DNA of 64,000 nucleotides, taken from the NCBI GenBank assembly GCA_053919585.1, contig CM132792.1; one strand, written 5' to 3'. Below the pieces are notes generated by a model that saw only the letters and a program-made list of their open reading frames with translations, was not told the origin of the DNA and searched no databases. Shown piece after piece: positions 48,591-61,555 of this stretch. This stretch comes from Euprymna scolopes (taxonomy: Eukaryota). The position numbers and the translations under genes are program-made. How positions within the stretch are numbered: position 1 is the stretch's first letter; each line of letters begins with the position of its first letter.

Positions 48591-49260
48591 AATGAAAAGA
48601 AAAATTTAGTCGCAGTTATCATTTAGAATCAGACAGTCACGTATCTCTTCTTTTATTGCACATGGTAAAAAGTAAATTTATACATAACATGAACGATATT
48701 TTAGCATAGACATGATAGTGGGTTGGGCGGATGAAGTAAATGAAAATTGATAAATACTTAGCTTCTTGATAATTGTTCGGTCCCGACGAGCATCGTTAAC
48801 ACAAATGTCTTTTCTTCTTTGTCACCGTTCTCTTTTTTCTTCTTTTAACATTATTCCTGACGAGTGATTTTTAGCATAAGATTTTCCATTGGAGGGATAT
48901 TCATCTCCAAGAATAACATTCGGACAAGGTATATCAAAGCTTTGAGTTGGTTTCCCTTTTCGGTCCGATGACGATCCGCCGATCCAAGTTGAATTGAATA
49001 TATTTCACCTATGTGTCTTTCTACGCTGGTGTTAACCCCATTTCCTTGGAGGCACTCATTTTTAACCAGTGTTCGTAGCCCAACTAAATTTCCCGCTTAA
49101 GTCTTTTTTATTTCCACGTGTTCCCTTCTGAGATGTGTGGGTTGAGGTTTCTGTCTGGTTTACATCCGTTGTGTTTTCCCTCTTGTCTCTGTGATTTCCT
49201 TTGCGTAGGTGAATGGAGGGAGGTTGGGGATGGGGTGTCTGCTTGACTAATACATGCATT
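48290..49260 (-). mobile_element. Gypsy-like 3' end remnant (integrase tail, PPT, LTR)
   Basis: A pyrimidine tract tctttccccctcc (PPT on the minus strand) adjoins an LTR-like segment. The adjacent minus strand has basic, integrase-tail-like remnants with frameshifts. Confidence 0.45.
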
Positions 49261-49447
49261 TATCATGGCATGAAAGGAAGAAGAGGGGGGGGGTATTGTT
49301 TTTCCTTATAACAGTAGGAATTAGCAAAATCCGATCCCGTCAAAGATCTTACTTGATAACAAAAAGTGAAGCAGAGAGAATAGGGTGAAGAAAAAGGTGA
49401 TTTCACGTGAATGGATAGTCTGGTGAAAGGTAAAGTATCCAATGACG

Positions 49448-49566
49448 GTAAAATCCAAAAATGTAAATCCAAGAAAGTTAGTTAAATTTCAATTCGCATA
49501 AGTAAAATCCAAAAATGTAAATCCAAGAAAGTTAGTTAAATTTCAATTCGCATAAGTAAAATCCAA
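49448..49566. repeat. ~54-bp tandem duplication
   Basis: gtaaaatccaaaaatgtaaatccaagaaagttagttaaatttcaattcgcataa occurs twice, plus a partial third copy. Confidence 0.9.
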
Positions 49567-49679
49567 GGAAATCGCGTAATTGGAAGATGGTCCAAAATAA
49601 TCCAAAAGGCCAAATCCGTTGAATAATTCACAAATAGGTACGAGGAAAGAATTCCAGTAATATTATTAAAAGAAAAATA

Positions 49680-50470
49680 AGATTTGGAAGTTAAATTAGA
49701 GTATCCTTTAATTACGAACTCTTCTAGGGAAATAGTCTGTCCAATGCCAGTTTCGCTTAGAAATATGTCTGGTTTAGTTTCCTGTAATTGGGTTTCAACC
49801 TCTGGAAGGTTAGAACGTAGACCCCGGATGTTCGAGAAGGAGACATGGTAGTGGGGGTCTATGTTAGCAGTTGGAGATCTAGGTTTAATCATGTATTTTT
49901 TATTGAAACTTTTCATGATGGAGTTTTGGGATTTGTGGACTAGGTTGACAGACTTGCTTGAAGCAGGGCAGAGAGGGAAAGAGAGAAATAGAAATGGAGA
50001 AATATTTTTATTTATTTATTTATTTTTGTAGCACATGAAAAGATAAAGCCGTAACAATTACCCACTAATATGACATCGAGAGGCCCCACGAGAAGCTACT
50101 GCATGGTCCAGAATCCATTCAACAAATGGCAATACAGCAGTCCCAGTACTTTGCACATGATGATAGGACAGCCTCCTTAGTGGTTAATCCAATGTTCAGG
50201 TCCCTGACTGTCAGGCGGGTAACATCAGCCCAGATAAAACATTTACCTCAGCACCCTTACTAGTGACATGGCTACAAGGATAGACATAGAAACTGAAAAT
50301 TTCCGACTTCCCTGGCGGCTGTTCACGCAAAATACTGCCAACCTAGAATACAGCTTTATCTTCTCCCTTTGTCAGAAAAATCTCATTAAATATGAGAACT
50401 GAGTGATAAAAAGAGAAGCGAGAGTAACAGGAGCTGCCGATAACGCAGCCACAATGCATTGTCTACTCTC
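49680..50470 (-). mobile_element. CR1/L2-type LINE 5' end (5'UTR and AP-endonuclease start)
   Basis: HVSFSNIRGLRSNLPEVETQLQETKPDIFLSETG...IKGY matches EEP/APE motif I/II. Confidence 0.75.
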
Positions 50471-51218
50471 TATTTAAAAAAATAAAGATAAGTATTGTAC
50501 TTAATAAAAGTCCATTTGGCGTGTTTAAGGGAAAGTATGGTGAAAGATTCCCCTCTCACTAACTGAATATGAATATAATTGCCTAATCTGTTTAGGCTAT
50601 CAACTTGGAACATATAAGCAACGTTTATGGACAAAAAAAATCTATTATAAAAAAAATAAAACAATATATATTCCAAATGAACTTGCCAGATAGAATCATG
50701 AAAAAGGTAATAATTCCAATCTTTTTACCCATCATTAAAAGAGCTTCGTAGTTGCTTTACATAGTTTGCAACGCTTTATTTTTGTTTTTTTCATATTCCG
50801 ACATTTCTTTTCATTCGTCGTGAAAAATTGTTTGATGCCTTCAGAAATGTTGTTGGTGTGAATTTAGAAATTATCTTTTTAAACAATTCATATCCGTAAA
50901 ACTCAAACATAAATCACAAAATAATGCAAAGAAAAATTAAATTATTTTAAATATAAATTGTACAAATTATAAAAAAATTAAAAAAATTTTCAAAGATAAC
51001 CTATTCAAGTTAGCAATGTTTAAAAAACAATTATAGAAAAAAAAATAATGATCTCCACAAGAACAGATATTCCCAGAAATTGGCGAAACAGTATACAAAA
51101 ATGAAAGAAATTAATTTTTTTAATTTGTTTCGTTTTCGTAAAATGTAAATAACTATTCTGTTTTTAATTTATGTTTGACAAAATCTCAAAAATAAACTAT
51201 CGATGTTTTTAATCTGTA

Positions 51219-51908
51219 AAACAATTATTTTTTTTAAATACAATAACAAATCTGTATAAAATAAAAATAGAATGAGTTTAATAAGTAATCGCTGTCGCGT
51301 CGGCATTCACCTGTAGGGACACCCCAGGAAACTAACGGTTAACTAATCCATTTTAATTTTCTCTAAAACTTTAATTACAATATTAAACTGTTAGGTAATT
51401 GAAACTGTCCCTGAAAATTGAAGAAAACTATTTGTTTATTTTTACGATAGTTTAATTTTTTATAGTAGATCCCAACCCCCACCTCCAAAAAAAACAACAA
51501 CAACAAACAAGCAGTGTTCATCAAGTTGCTTCATTCTGCAAATTTCTCGGGCAGAAATATTGCGTTCAAATGTATACATACATAGCAAGTAATCTATACG
51601 TACATAGATTGCTAGCAACTTGATGAACACTTTTTTTTTTTTTTTTTAGGTGGGGGATCTACTACTAAAAATTCAACTAGCATGAAAATAAACAAATAGT
51701 TTTTAATTTTAAGATTATCTAACATTTTAATATTGTGATTAAAGTTTTTAAAAAACCAATACAAGGGATTATCTACCTGTTAGTCGCCTACAGGTGAATG
51801 CTGACGTGACAGCCAATGGCTTATTGTTTTGAGCATAAAAATTACAAAAAAAAAAAAAAAACTGGTTCTCTTTATGCAGATTTATAGTATTTAAAAAATA
51901 ATTGTTTT
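51219..51908. mobile_element. Long imperfect palindrome / foldback MITE
   Basis: Paired arms: aacaattatttttt/aaaaaataattgtt, gctgtc...cattcacctgtagg/cctacaggtgaatg...gacagc and gtgttcatcaagttgc/gcaacttgatgaacac, centred near 51570. Confidence 0.8.
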
Positions 51909-52210
51909 TCAAAACAAAGATTATATATATATATTTTTTTTAATAGCAAACTATAATTTCGACTGACAAACACCGGAAGTGGCTTTAAACGAAGTTGCTT
52001 CATAATCATCATCAGCAGCAGCAATTAGGTTGACATAAAGTAGACGTACATTTTTAGTACGACCCATTTCTTGGCCCTTCAGCATTTAGCTTCGAAGGAA
52101 GGATATTTTTTACAGTTCCTAATCAAATGGTTTGTAGCGTTGCACAGCTTGCATAATAAAATTGCCTTCACCTCACATGGAAAAGACGTCATATTGGACT
52201 TTGTATAGGT

Positions 52211-55063
52211 CAGTGGTTCTCAACCTTTTTCACTCCATTCCCCCCTTCATGAATTCTCAACATTCGTGTGGCTCCCCTTCATTTTTCTCCCAAATCCCAC
52301 CCTGCCAAAAAAGGCGCAGAAAAAAAAGAATAAATAAAATGTTGATGAAGAGAACACCCTTGCTTTATTACAAAGTTTACAGTCATAATTATCTTATATT
52401 GATAGATTTCTGTGATATGCTTAACTTACATCACTAGACTACAAAAGACTAGCAGACAATAGCAAATTTGATTTGGATGGGAGAAAGTTCAATTAACCTC
52501 TGCATACTTTATCACACATCAGTGGGAAGGCTGATATTGTTTCTTTTCAGTCAGTTGACGAATCCGAGGTTGTGTCACTGACAATGCACATCTCATGTCG
52601 GGGTCCACATCCAATCGGTTGCGGCTCTTATTCTTGATTTGTAGAAGGGTGGAGAAACCAGACTCACATAAATAGGTAGTTGAAAAAGGCAAGAGTAGTC
52701 GAAGTGCAATCTCACTGACTTGGATATGACTGATGCATCGAACACCAGAATACATTCAGAGATTTTTCTTCATAGAGATCTTTGGCAGCAGAATCATGTT
52801 TGAGATCAAGGAACTCGTCCTGAACATCACTGGGAATGGTAGTAATATCAAGAGTGCCAGAGAATGGATTCCTTACCAACTTCCCTTCTTCCTCCTCGAA
52901 TTCTGGGAAGTACATATTAAGTTCACTTTCCAAGGATCTCAGATGCTGGGTGATTTCAGTTTTAAGTAATGGGTCAAGCAGACTATCTTCTTCATTCTCG
53001 TCAAGGACAGCTGAAAGGTTTTCAAACATGGCAACATTCCCGGCACCGACTTTCCTTTGCCAATTCTGGAGCTTGGCAAGAAATCCACGAAGACAGTCCA
53101 TCAGGTGAAACACATTTCTTTCCTTGCCCTGTAGTTTCAGATTCAACCTATTTAGCTGCTCAAATATATCTGCTAAATATGCAAGACGTGGCTCCCACAA
53201 AACCTCATTGAAGTGACTCAACAGATCATCTTTCCCTTGCATTTCCAGGAACAATTTTAGCTCCCCCCGAAGTTCAAACACTCGATTCACAACATTGCCC
53301 TTGGAAAGCCAGCGCACTTTGGAGTAAAAGAGGAGAGCTTCATGCTCCGAATCCATGTCTCTACAGAGGTTCTGGAAAAGGCGAGAGTTCAGAGCTCCAG
53401 CTTTTACAAAGTTGACGCATTTGACCACTGCCTCCAGGATCTTGCAAAATTCATCAGGGAGGGTTTTCGACGCCAGTGCAAAACGATGGATCATACAATG
53501 AACCCCCTTGGCATTCGGAGCTACTTCCTTGACACGCTTCTGGAACCCTGATTTTGATCCCAGCATCGCTGGAGCCCCGTCTGTACAGACCCCACAACAA
53601 TTTTCCCATGGGATCCTGTTAGCTTTGAAGAAAGAAGATAGCTTTTCCATCACATCTTCAGCTGTTGTGGTGGTCTCAAGCTGTGTACATAACAGATATT
53701 CTTCCTTGATATCACACAAGAAAATATACCTAACAAACACGAGTAGCTGTGCACACGAACTCACATCCGTTGACTCATCCAGTTGTATTGCAAACATACC
53801 AGCTGGAGACGATTTGATCTCCTGTATCACTTTTTCCTTTATGTCATCTGACATTTCATTAATTCTCCGCTTCACTGTGTCGTTTGACAAGGAAATTTGT
53901 TGAATTTTACGTTCATTTGCATCTCCAAGAACACGCTTGACCATCTTTAAAGTACATGGCTTAATTAAGGTTTCACCAATTGTGTGGGGCTTCTTTTGCT
54001 TCGCTATTTCAAGGGCAACCTCGTATGATGCCTCAACTACACTTGAGGTCTGTTGTTGGAAAGCACCAGTTGCATCCAGTTTCTGTTTTCCGAAACTACT
54101 TTCATGGCGCCTGAAGAAATCGGGGTCTTTTTCAGCATACTGTGGATGGATGGTCTGCAAATGATGCTTCAACTTACTAGGCCTCATAGAATCGTTCCCC
54201 AACACTTTGAAGCACAGTACACACTGAGGTTTCTCGATGCCATCGGCGAGAATTGATGTAAATCCGTAGCTAATGTACTCTTCACTGTACTTCCGCTTCT
54301 TAGTAACACTAGTAGCCATCGCAAATCTAGGGAAAATAAAGAAGACAGACCATCAGAACAAACATTAAGTGATAAGACAAAAGAATGATAATGAAGGACA
54401 GATAAATAGGACAAGTGATAAAATGACAAACACACAAATATCCACATACATAATACATCCATGGACTCACACATTAAGCACACACACAGTCATACACAAA
54501 CATACACAGAGAGAGTAAAGATGATAAACATTCACACTCAACCTAGCAAGCTGAAATGTACTTTCTACAGCAAGAACACACCTCCTTTGACAAGCACTGC
54601 CCCAATTGAAATTATGAGAAGAATAGCGAGTCACATCAATATTAGCACTAAAAAAAAAAAGCAGGAATACCTGAGTAGGGAATGAGCATGAATACAATGA
54701 TACCAAAAAATAAGAAAATAATAAAGGAAGTGCACAAATATTTCACACACGAAAACAGCGACCGCATTTATAATTGTCGAACAAAATAAGTAAAACAGTA
54801 TACAGTATGGTTCAGAATCAATTATACCCACATGTTTACGTGCTGATATCCAAGGCCACACTGAGATAATTCGATCACCTCTCTCCCACATACATACACA
54901 CATACATACATACACACGTACACACACATTCGTAACAATATTATGTAGGTAACAAAATTTTATTGTCAACTTAATCAATTAAAAAAGAAAATTCCACCAT
55001 GGCCCCCCTAAATTATTGCCATGGCCCCCTTGGGGGCCATGGCCCCCAGGTTGAGAGTCTATG
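52211..55063 (-). mobile_element. hAT (Buster/ZBED8-like) element, complete
   Basis: Perfect 8-bp TSD GTATAGGT (52203-52210, 55064-55071). Imperfect TIRs CAGTGGTTCTCAACCT / CATAGACTCTCAACCT. Confidence 0.95.
52519..54319 (-). pseudogene. Buster-type hAT transposase with a single frameshift near 52715
   Basis: 535-aa ORF (PQCVLC, QLDESTD, TDGAPAM, VRWLSKG) plus a C-terminal STTYLCESGFS...YQPSH in another frame. Confidence 0.93.
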
Positions 55064-55257
55064 GTATAGGTGAAGAAGGTGCCAATCTTGGCGCACAATT
55101 TTCCCGCCGAAAGTCAAGCTGGCCGGTCATCAAATATTCCGTAATGCCGAACACAATGAGACATTATAGTTTTTTAGAGAAGGGAATCGTTCGCCACTTC
55201 TACTCATTAATTCGCTCCTTATAATATTAGGAAATTTTGCAAATAATACATGGGCTA

Positions 55258-55925
55258 TCAATGCCCCTGAGGTTCTACCCTCAATAAAAAAAAGTCAGTC
55301 TCGAAAGACTTATCAAATTTCGTCAGATCTTGTTTAACCTTTTCGAGAAATGTCCTTAAATTTTTTAGATTCAGTACATGAGACGGACTAGGAATAATCT
55401 CTTTGAGAACTTGATTTCTAATTAAATCTGGATTTAAATATTTCTCCCTTAAAAGTTCCAGGGCTACATCATACTTGTCCAATGTTACATCTAGACTGGA
55501 GACCACTTTGAAAGCTTCTCCTTCTAGTTTAGATTTAAGTACTAACAATTTGTCAGCCTTGTTCAAATTATCTGTACAAAATTTGAATTTATTCAAAAAA
55601 GTTCTGAAAGAAAACTTATCGTCCATAGACATACCGGAAAACCTTGGACAGTCCAGTTGCATCTTTACGGGCATAACTGTCATAGGTTGAATATCTCGTG
55701 GTGTATCAATTTTCAATTTCAACGATAACAATTTTTCTTCAATTTCTGAAGAAAACTGAATTCTCACAGATGCGATTTCTCTTCATCCTGAGTCTTGGTT
55801 AGTACTAAGTCTATCAAATCATCCAGATCCTTCAACCAACTTCTAATTACCGGCTCGCGGGACCTTAAAATATCTTGTGAAGGGTTGTTATTATCTAACC
55901 ACTTCACAGCACTATTTATGCAAAG
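55258..55925 (-). pseudogene. gag: BEL gag fragment
   Basis: LDCPRFSGMSMDDKFSFRTFL...LKSKLEGEA is homologous to the gag at 13667-15769. Confidence 0.8.
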
Positions 55926-55928
55926 TTT

Positions 55929-58292
55929 TTAGTCATTAATTCCGTTATGACCATGATTCGGCGAAAATAGAGGGATAGGACAGAATTTAATCAAACAAGA
56001 GCCAAACTTCCGTTGATAATCGTGGCTCAACATCAACCTCTTAAACAACCGCCCACCTCCTATGAACGTATTAGCATTGTTACAGTAAATGGCTATTGGA
56101 ATGCCATGGAGGTTTGTAAAATGTACCAAAGCCTGCAAAAAGGCCAACACGCTCATGTCTGGTACCACCTCAACATGTACAGCCCTGATACTGAGACAGG
56201 TGAAGATGAGTAGATACATTTTCACCACGTTAGCGCACCTTCCTTAACCCAAAGGTGGCCCGTGAAATCTACTCCCGTGTGTTTGAAGTGAACCTCCAGT
56301 TTAATACGTGAAGCAGGCAAGTTGGCCACATTGGGGGGCATGTGGGGGGAGGCAATACCTGTCTGGCATTTTACTTATGGCACAGTGTACATGAAGCCAG
56401 GACTGTTTACACAGCTTGACTGCCCTTGGGCACCCAGTAACCACCCCGTCTTAACTCTGCCAGAGTGGATGCAATCCCCAAGTGTTGACACGTTGTATGC
56501 GCATCCATTATTATAAGCAGAGTTAATGGGTGATATTTTACTAACAGAACAGGGTGCTTAACTTCCATGCCGAAGTGGAGAGACTTAGAAATTTTGCCAC
56601 CTGACCTGATAAGACCCTCACCATCAACAAACAGATCAAGGAGACACACCAAACCTGGAACTGTCTTACCTGAGGAATCCAACAGGAATGCTAGATCCTC
56701 AGCATATGCCTGGCACTGCATCATTTTCATCAGCAAAATGGCTGCAAGCCTTTCCACGTCAACTTCTGACGCAACTGATGGTTGAAGGAAGTCACCCTCT
56801 ATAGCTTGGTGAAGGAAGAAAATTTTTCAAGGGGAAGAACTGTAGGTAATTCTTTTCCCTGTAGGATGGCAGCATTCCAAGAAGAACAGGCCACCACTTG
56901 GCTGTGCTGGTTGAGGCATGGCAACTGCTGTGCAGCCCATGGACTGATCCCGCTCTACTTAACCAATCTGAACCAGAACACCAGAAATGAAGGCAAGCCT
57001 TGAACCTTTCAAGTTTAACCCCCTAGTGATCAAATCAGCAGGATTCTTAGCCGTTGGGACATAGCGAAATGAGGGCGAGAAACCGAGTGTGGCTTCCAAC
57101 CCAGCACTCCTCTTTTAGATGTCCTTCAGTCTATTGCAGACAAAGGTTTCTGCTTACAGTTGTTCCACAAATTAGCCAAGAGAGGACCACCTTCGAATCT
57201 GTGGCCATATGAATCGCAGAAGGAGAGAATCCTCCAAAATTCCTCAACAAAGTAGGTAGGCACCTGAGAGCCAAAAACAGTCATAAGTTCTAAGGTGGGT
57301 AGAGTTTTCTTTTCCAAGGGAGCCACCCCAACTTTTGCAAACACTAGACCAGATAAGATGGGATTGGCAATTTTGCGATGCATATGCTGCAAAGCCATAT
57401 GCCTCTGGAGATACAGAAAAAGTTTGCCAGCTTCATTCTTGCTGAGTGCTCTTCTGGGGAAGGAAACAGTCTCCAGCTCGGAGAGATCAAGAGAAAGCTT
57501 CCTCCATAAGTATTCCGGTGGGACTGTTACATCCCATCCAAATCCCTACTTCCAAAGTTCACTCAACAAAATTCGGCCCGTAACAAAACAGGTAGGCACG
57601 ATGATAATGGGTCATAGTGTAGCTGTCTCACTGAGGATCCGTCTCTTCATAAAGGCACTAGAGTCGCACTCAACAGCAGCTACATGAAGAGTGTCTGAGA
57701 GAGGACGGCATGTATATCTGAGCACCTCTCATTTATTGCCATGCTCCTTTATTTTGTTTTGAATCTTCACATGGTCAGAATTACAGGACTGCAGTTCGAA
57801 TCCTCCCTGACACAATTGTTCCTGGGTGAGTGTATAATCGGCACAGTTCATTAGGATCCTAATGCAATATACCAGATTATCCACGTAGAACCGATTCTCC
57901 ATCATTGATCTACAATTATCCATGGGAAACTGAGCCGCATTGTATCTAAGGACATAATTCAATATAAACGGACTAGAAGCATACCCAAAAATAATTGTGT
58001 TATATCTAAAGCAGCATAGGCAACCTCCCTCCTTTAGAAAAAAAAACAGAACTTATTCCTGTCAGATTCGAGCTTCAGCTGGATCATTAAGAAGGCCTTC
58101 TTGATATTGATATCTGCTAACACGACATGCTTATTAGCGCATAAGATGAGTAATAAATTTAATAGGTCATTAGTGAGATTTATTCCCTGGTAGGTAGCCT
58201 CGTTAAGGAAAGGAGAGTTACTAATTTTGAGATTGCAGTTGAACACTGGCCGAATCTTAGTGGTAGAGGTAGAGTCCGATTTCAGGACAGGC
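55929..58292 (-). pseudogene. pol: BEL/Pao pol (RT-RNase H-integrase), degenerate
   Basis: TTKIRPVFNC, FYVDN, LPTLEL, IRAVHVEVV; many frameshifts. Confidence 0.9.
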
Positions 58293-58420
58293 CATGGCCT
58301 ACTTATATACATGGCCTTTCAACCTACATTTTTCACCGGTCTCGCAACAGGCCTATTTCAAAGTGAAAGTAAATTATGTCTATATCATCTGAAAAATGTT
58401 AGAACTGTAAATACGTAAAT

Positions 58421-58463
<43 letters not shown>

Positions 58464-61400
58464 CAGAAAATTATTATTAAAATAAAATATTTTAGGCAAA
58501 CAAATAAATTTTAATTAAAAAAAATTATACAGTAATACAAAAACATATATAAAAATGAAGTTACCTTTCTTTTTTAAATTAATTTTCTTTAGACCTTTGC
58601 CTTTTTTTAAAGCATTCCACAGTATTTTTCCGCACTTCATTGGATGAAATTTTTTGTTTATTGTTGTAAAATATATTTACAACAATTCTTATTGCAAAAA
58701 CAAGTCCCTTTTCAGCGTGTTTTTTACATGAAAAACTATATTTTGGAGAATATATTGCCAAAACGTGTTCTGCAGACACTCTTGTTGTGGATTCATGATT
58801 TTTTACTATAAATTGATCTGCATATTCAAGGATAGCAAAACAAGCATAAACAAACTCTGCCATTTGGTTTGATGGAACAGTAAGACCTCGAGAAAGTAAG
58901 TCATGGTATTTCTTATGTGTAGCTTCATCACTATCTTTGCCTACCATAACCTGGGAACAAATTTCACATTGAAAATGATTCATTAATTTTTTTGCGATGT
59001 ATCCAGAAATAGTAAATGCTACTTCTTTGCTTTCTGGGGACAAAGATACATTATTCATTTCTGATTCATGCAGGGCCAAAATGTTTATTAGTTCGTCTGT
59101 CTCTTGAACTGACTTGAAGTCTTCCTCCCAAAAGTTGTTTATTTTTAGAAGTATGCGACAGGTCAATATTCTCTCAGTACTCATTACTTCTCGAAAACCC
59201 ACCAAAAATCTACCACCACTCATCTGTCGATATTGAGAAAATCTATTTTCAAGTGGGTCAGTTTGAAACCTACGGGTGAAAATAAACTTGTACCCTTCAT
59301 CTAAAAGTTCTTGCATAAGCATAGCCTGTCCTCTCAAAGTTATAATAAAAGCTTTAGAAGTTTGCTTTGTCAGGCAAAAATCAGAAATTTGTGTCCAAGA
59401 CTCAATCCAATCAGATAATCTTTTGTAGAAATCAAGTTTTCCAGCATTTAAAATTACTGCATTGTTCAAAAAATTGGGTGTCAGCATTTGTTTTGAATTT
59501 GCTATTGCCCACCAACATGATATCAATTTAAGGAAGTTTGACATGTCAGGACGATCAGGAAAATAACTCTGACAAGCTGCAATAGTTGTCTCGTGAAAAA
59601 TGGAAATTGCTAAATTAACATTTTCTTTATTATCACTAGGGTGCAAGGCTTTGAATGTTAGCTTTGGAGCCTTGCGTAATTTAGCATTTAGGGCAGTATC
59701 TTTGTTATATACTTCATATAAATCAGACCAATCTATATATCCCTCCTTAGAGGAAACAGAAATATTTGAGATATCAAATGTAAATGCAGGAAATACAAAT
59801 TTCTTTTTATTTAATAAACTATTACGAATATTTTTTAGCAAATGAACAGAATCAAAAAACAGAAATATTTTATGGGGAGTATTAGGAAGAGTTATATAAT
59901 GCATTTTGTCCCCCTCAAATTTATGTAGTAAAATGTTAAAAGCATTTACATTGGTTGAATGAGTATCTGCAACAACAGCCCTAATAAAAAATCCAGAAGT
60001 TATCAGTTGTAAAATACATTTTAGGATTTCCTGAGAAAGCCACTCACCGTTTATTGTTACTTCGGGACAAGCTTTAACAACTGATGGTACTGTTTCTTTT
60101 AAGCCAGTAATCATAAATACCATTACTCCTTTATAAAGTTCATCATTTTCGTTTGAACCTATATAATCTCCACCGTGAAATTGTGTTCCTTTTTGAAGAT
60201 ACATTTCATCCACTAATAAAACACATTCCTTCGAAAGATGACCGGTCTCCAGTAGTTTTTTGGCAGCTGTAATGGATCCCACACCACCTGCTTGAATTTT
60301 TTCTAATAAAGAAAAAGATGGTAATGGAAATTTCTCCAGAAGTAATTTATAGGCTTGCCTTGATGTATATCGAATTAGTAAGGCATAACGTATTACGTCT
60401 GCAGAAAATGGAGGACCGCCTTTTGGTTTATAATATTGTCTTTTTTGTAACTCGTTTAATAGGGAAAACGAGTTTTCTTCAACTACATTTTTCATATATG
60501 TTGGGAAATTTTCTAACATGCTAAATTTAGTCAGTTTAGCACTGGTTCCTTGTGTAAACCATTGTGGTAATGGTACAGGGTTTCCATTATATTGAAGCTG
60601 GACATGAAGATTTCGATCAATGCGGATACACTCTTTGATAGATGGAAAATGAGTTTTGGGATCAAATACAATTCTATAAATTAAAATATAATCTTGGTGT
60701 TTTTTAAATTGAAAACCAGACGGGCAGCATTTTTCAGTCAACTGTGTAAAGTCCGTTATCGTGTCGGCTGAAAGAAAATCTTTTAGTTCATCCTTTTCAA
60801 TTCGACGTTGCTTGGGGGGTTTTCTAAAACTTGTTTGAGTTGGCAAAAGTGACGTTTTTATTATTTTTTTTGAATGAATTGTGGGTATGGGTTGTAAATT
60901 CCAATTCAACTTGTTTTTTTTTTTGTTTTTTTTTCGTTTCAAAATGTATTTTTCCTCAAAATGTTTAATACAGAGAACTGAATTTTTCGTAGGGAACCAA
61001 TCATTTCGATTAACAAATTTAATCCATTTTTCAATGAGATCTAATTTTCCGAAAGGAAAAGAAAATGTGGAAACCTTTTCAATATTTGTAGAATATCCAC
61101 TGGAACAGCCAAATGCTACACATTTGTTAACCATTTTTTAAACAAAATTTTCACAAATAATTTTAAATTAAAATATAATTAATATGTTGCGTTAGCAGAT
61201 AATAAGGAACTATGGAATTCTAAGAAAAACACTTAGGAGCTTAAAAAATCAAGAAAGGTAACTCTTGACTACTAATCCCTTATGGTATTATTATAATTTT
61301 CTTTTACTGTAAACATGAATTTTTGTGTTGAAAACAAGTTTATAAATAAAAATAAGTCCTAATAAATTATCAGGAAATTTATAAATTATTTATTGAAGTT

Positions 61401-61555
61401 CAAAAAACATAATTCTTAAAGTTACGCCCCTTTTAATTTTTTTCAATTACCTAAGGGGTCATTTTGTTTATGTTAAACCACTTTCACTTTGTGGGCCTGT
61501 TTTGAGACCGGTGAAAAAGGTAGGTTATGGGGCCCATGTATATAAGTAGGCCATG
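58293..61555 (-). mobile_element. P element (THAP transposase) with ~60-bp TIRs
   Basis: Perfect 22-bp TIR CATGGCCTACTTATATACATGG extending imperfectly to ~60 bp and enclosing an 851-aa ORF. Confidence 0.93.
58579..61134 (-). CDS. P-element transposase, uninterrupted 851 aa
   Basis: THAP C2CH (CVAFGC...W...LCIKHF...PIPTI), LLVDEM, VVAD, FDSVHLLKNIRN, QTDPLENRFSQYRQ. Confidence 0.93.
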   Translation of the reverse strand: MVNKCVAFGCSSGYSTNIEKVSTFSFPFGKLDLIEKWIKFVNRNDWFPTKNSVLCIKHFEEKYILKRKKNKKKNKLNWNLQPIPTIHSKKIIKTSLLPTQTSFRKPPKQRRIEKDELKDFLSADTITDFTQLTEKCCPSGFQFKKHQDYILIYRIVFDPKTHFPSIKECIRIDRNLHVQLQYNGNPVPLPQWFTQGTSAKLTKFSMLENFPTYMKNVVEENSFSLLNELQKRQYYKPKGGPPFSADVIRYALLIRYTSRQAYKLLLEKFPLPSFSLLEKIQAGGVGSITAAKKLLETGHLSKECVLLVDEMYLQKGTQFHGGDYIGSNENDELYKGVMVFMITGLKETVPSVVKACPEVTINGEWLSQEILKCILQLITSGFFIRAVVADTHSTNVNAFNILLHKFEGDKMHYITLPNTPHKIFLFFDSVHLLKNIRNSLLNKKKFVFPAFTFDISNISVSSKEGYIDWSDLYEVYNKDTALNAKLRKAPKLTFKALHPSDNKENVNLAISIFHETTIAACQSYFPDRPDMSNFLKLISCWWAIANSKQMLTPNFLNNAVILNAGKLDFYKRLSDWIESWTQISDFCLTKQTSKAFIITLRGQAMLMQELLDEGYKFIFTRRFQTDPLENRFSQYRQMSGGRFLVGFREVMSTERILTCRILLKINNFWEEDFKSVQETDELINILALHESEMNNVSLSPESKEVAFTISGYIAKKLMNHFQCEICSQVMVGKDSDEATHKKYHDLLSRGLTVPSNQMAEFVYACFAILEYADQFIVKNHESTTRVSAEHVLAIYSPKYSFSCKKHAEKGLVFAIRIVVNIFYNNKQKISSNEVRKNTVECFKKRQRSKEN

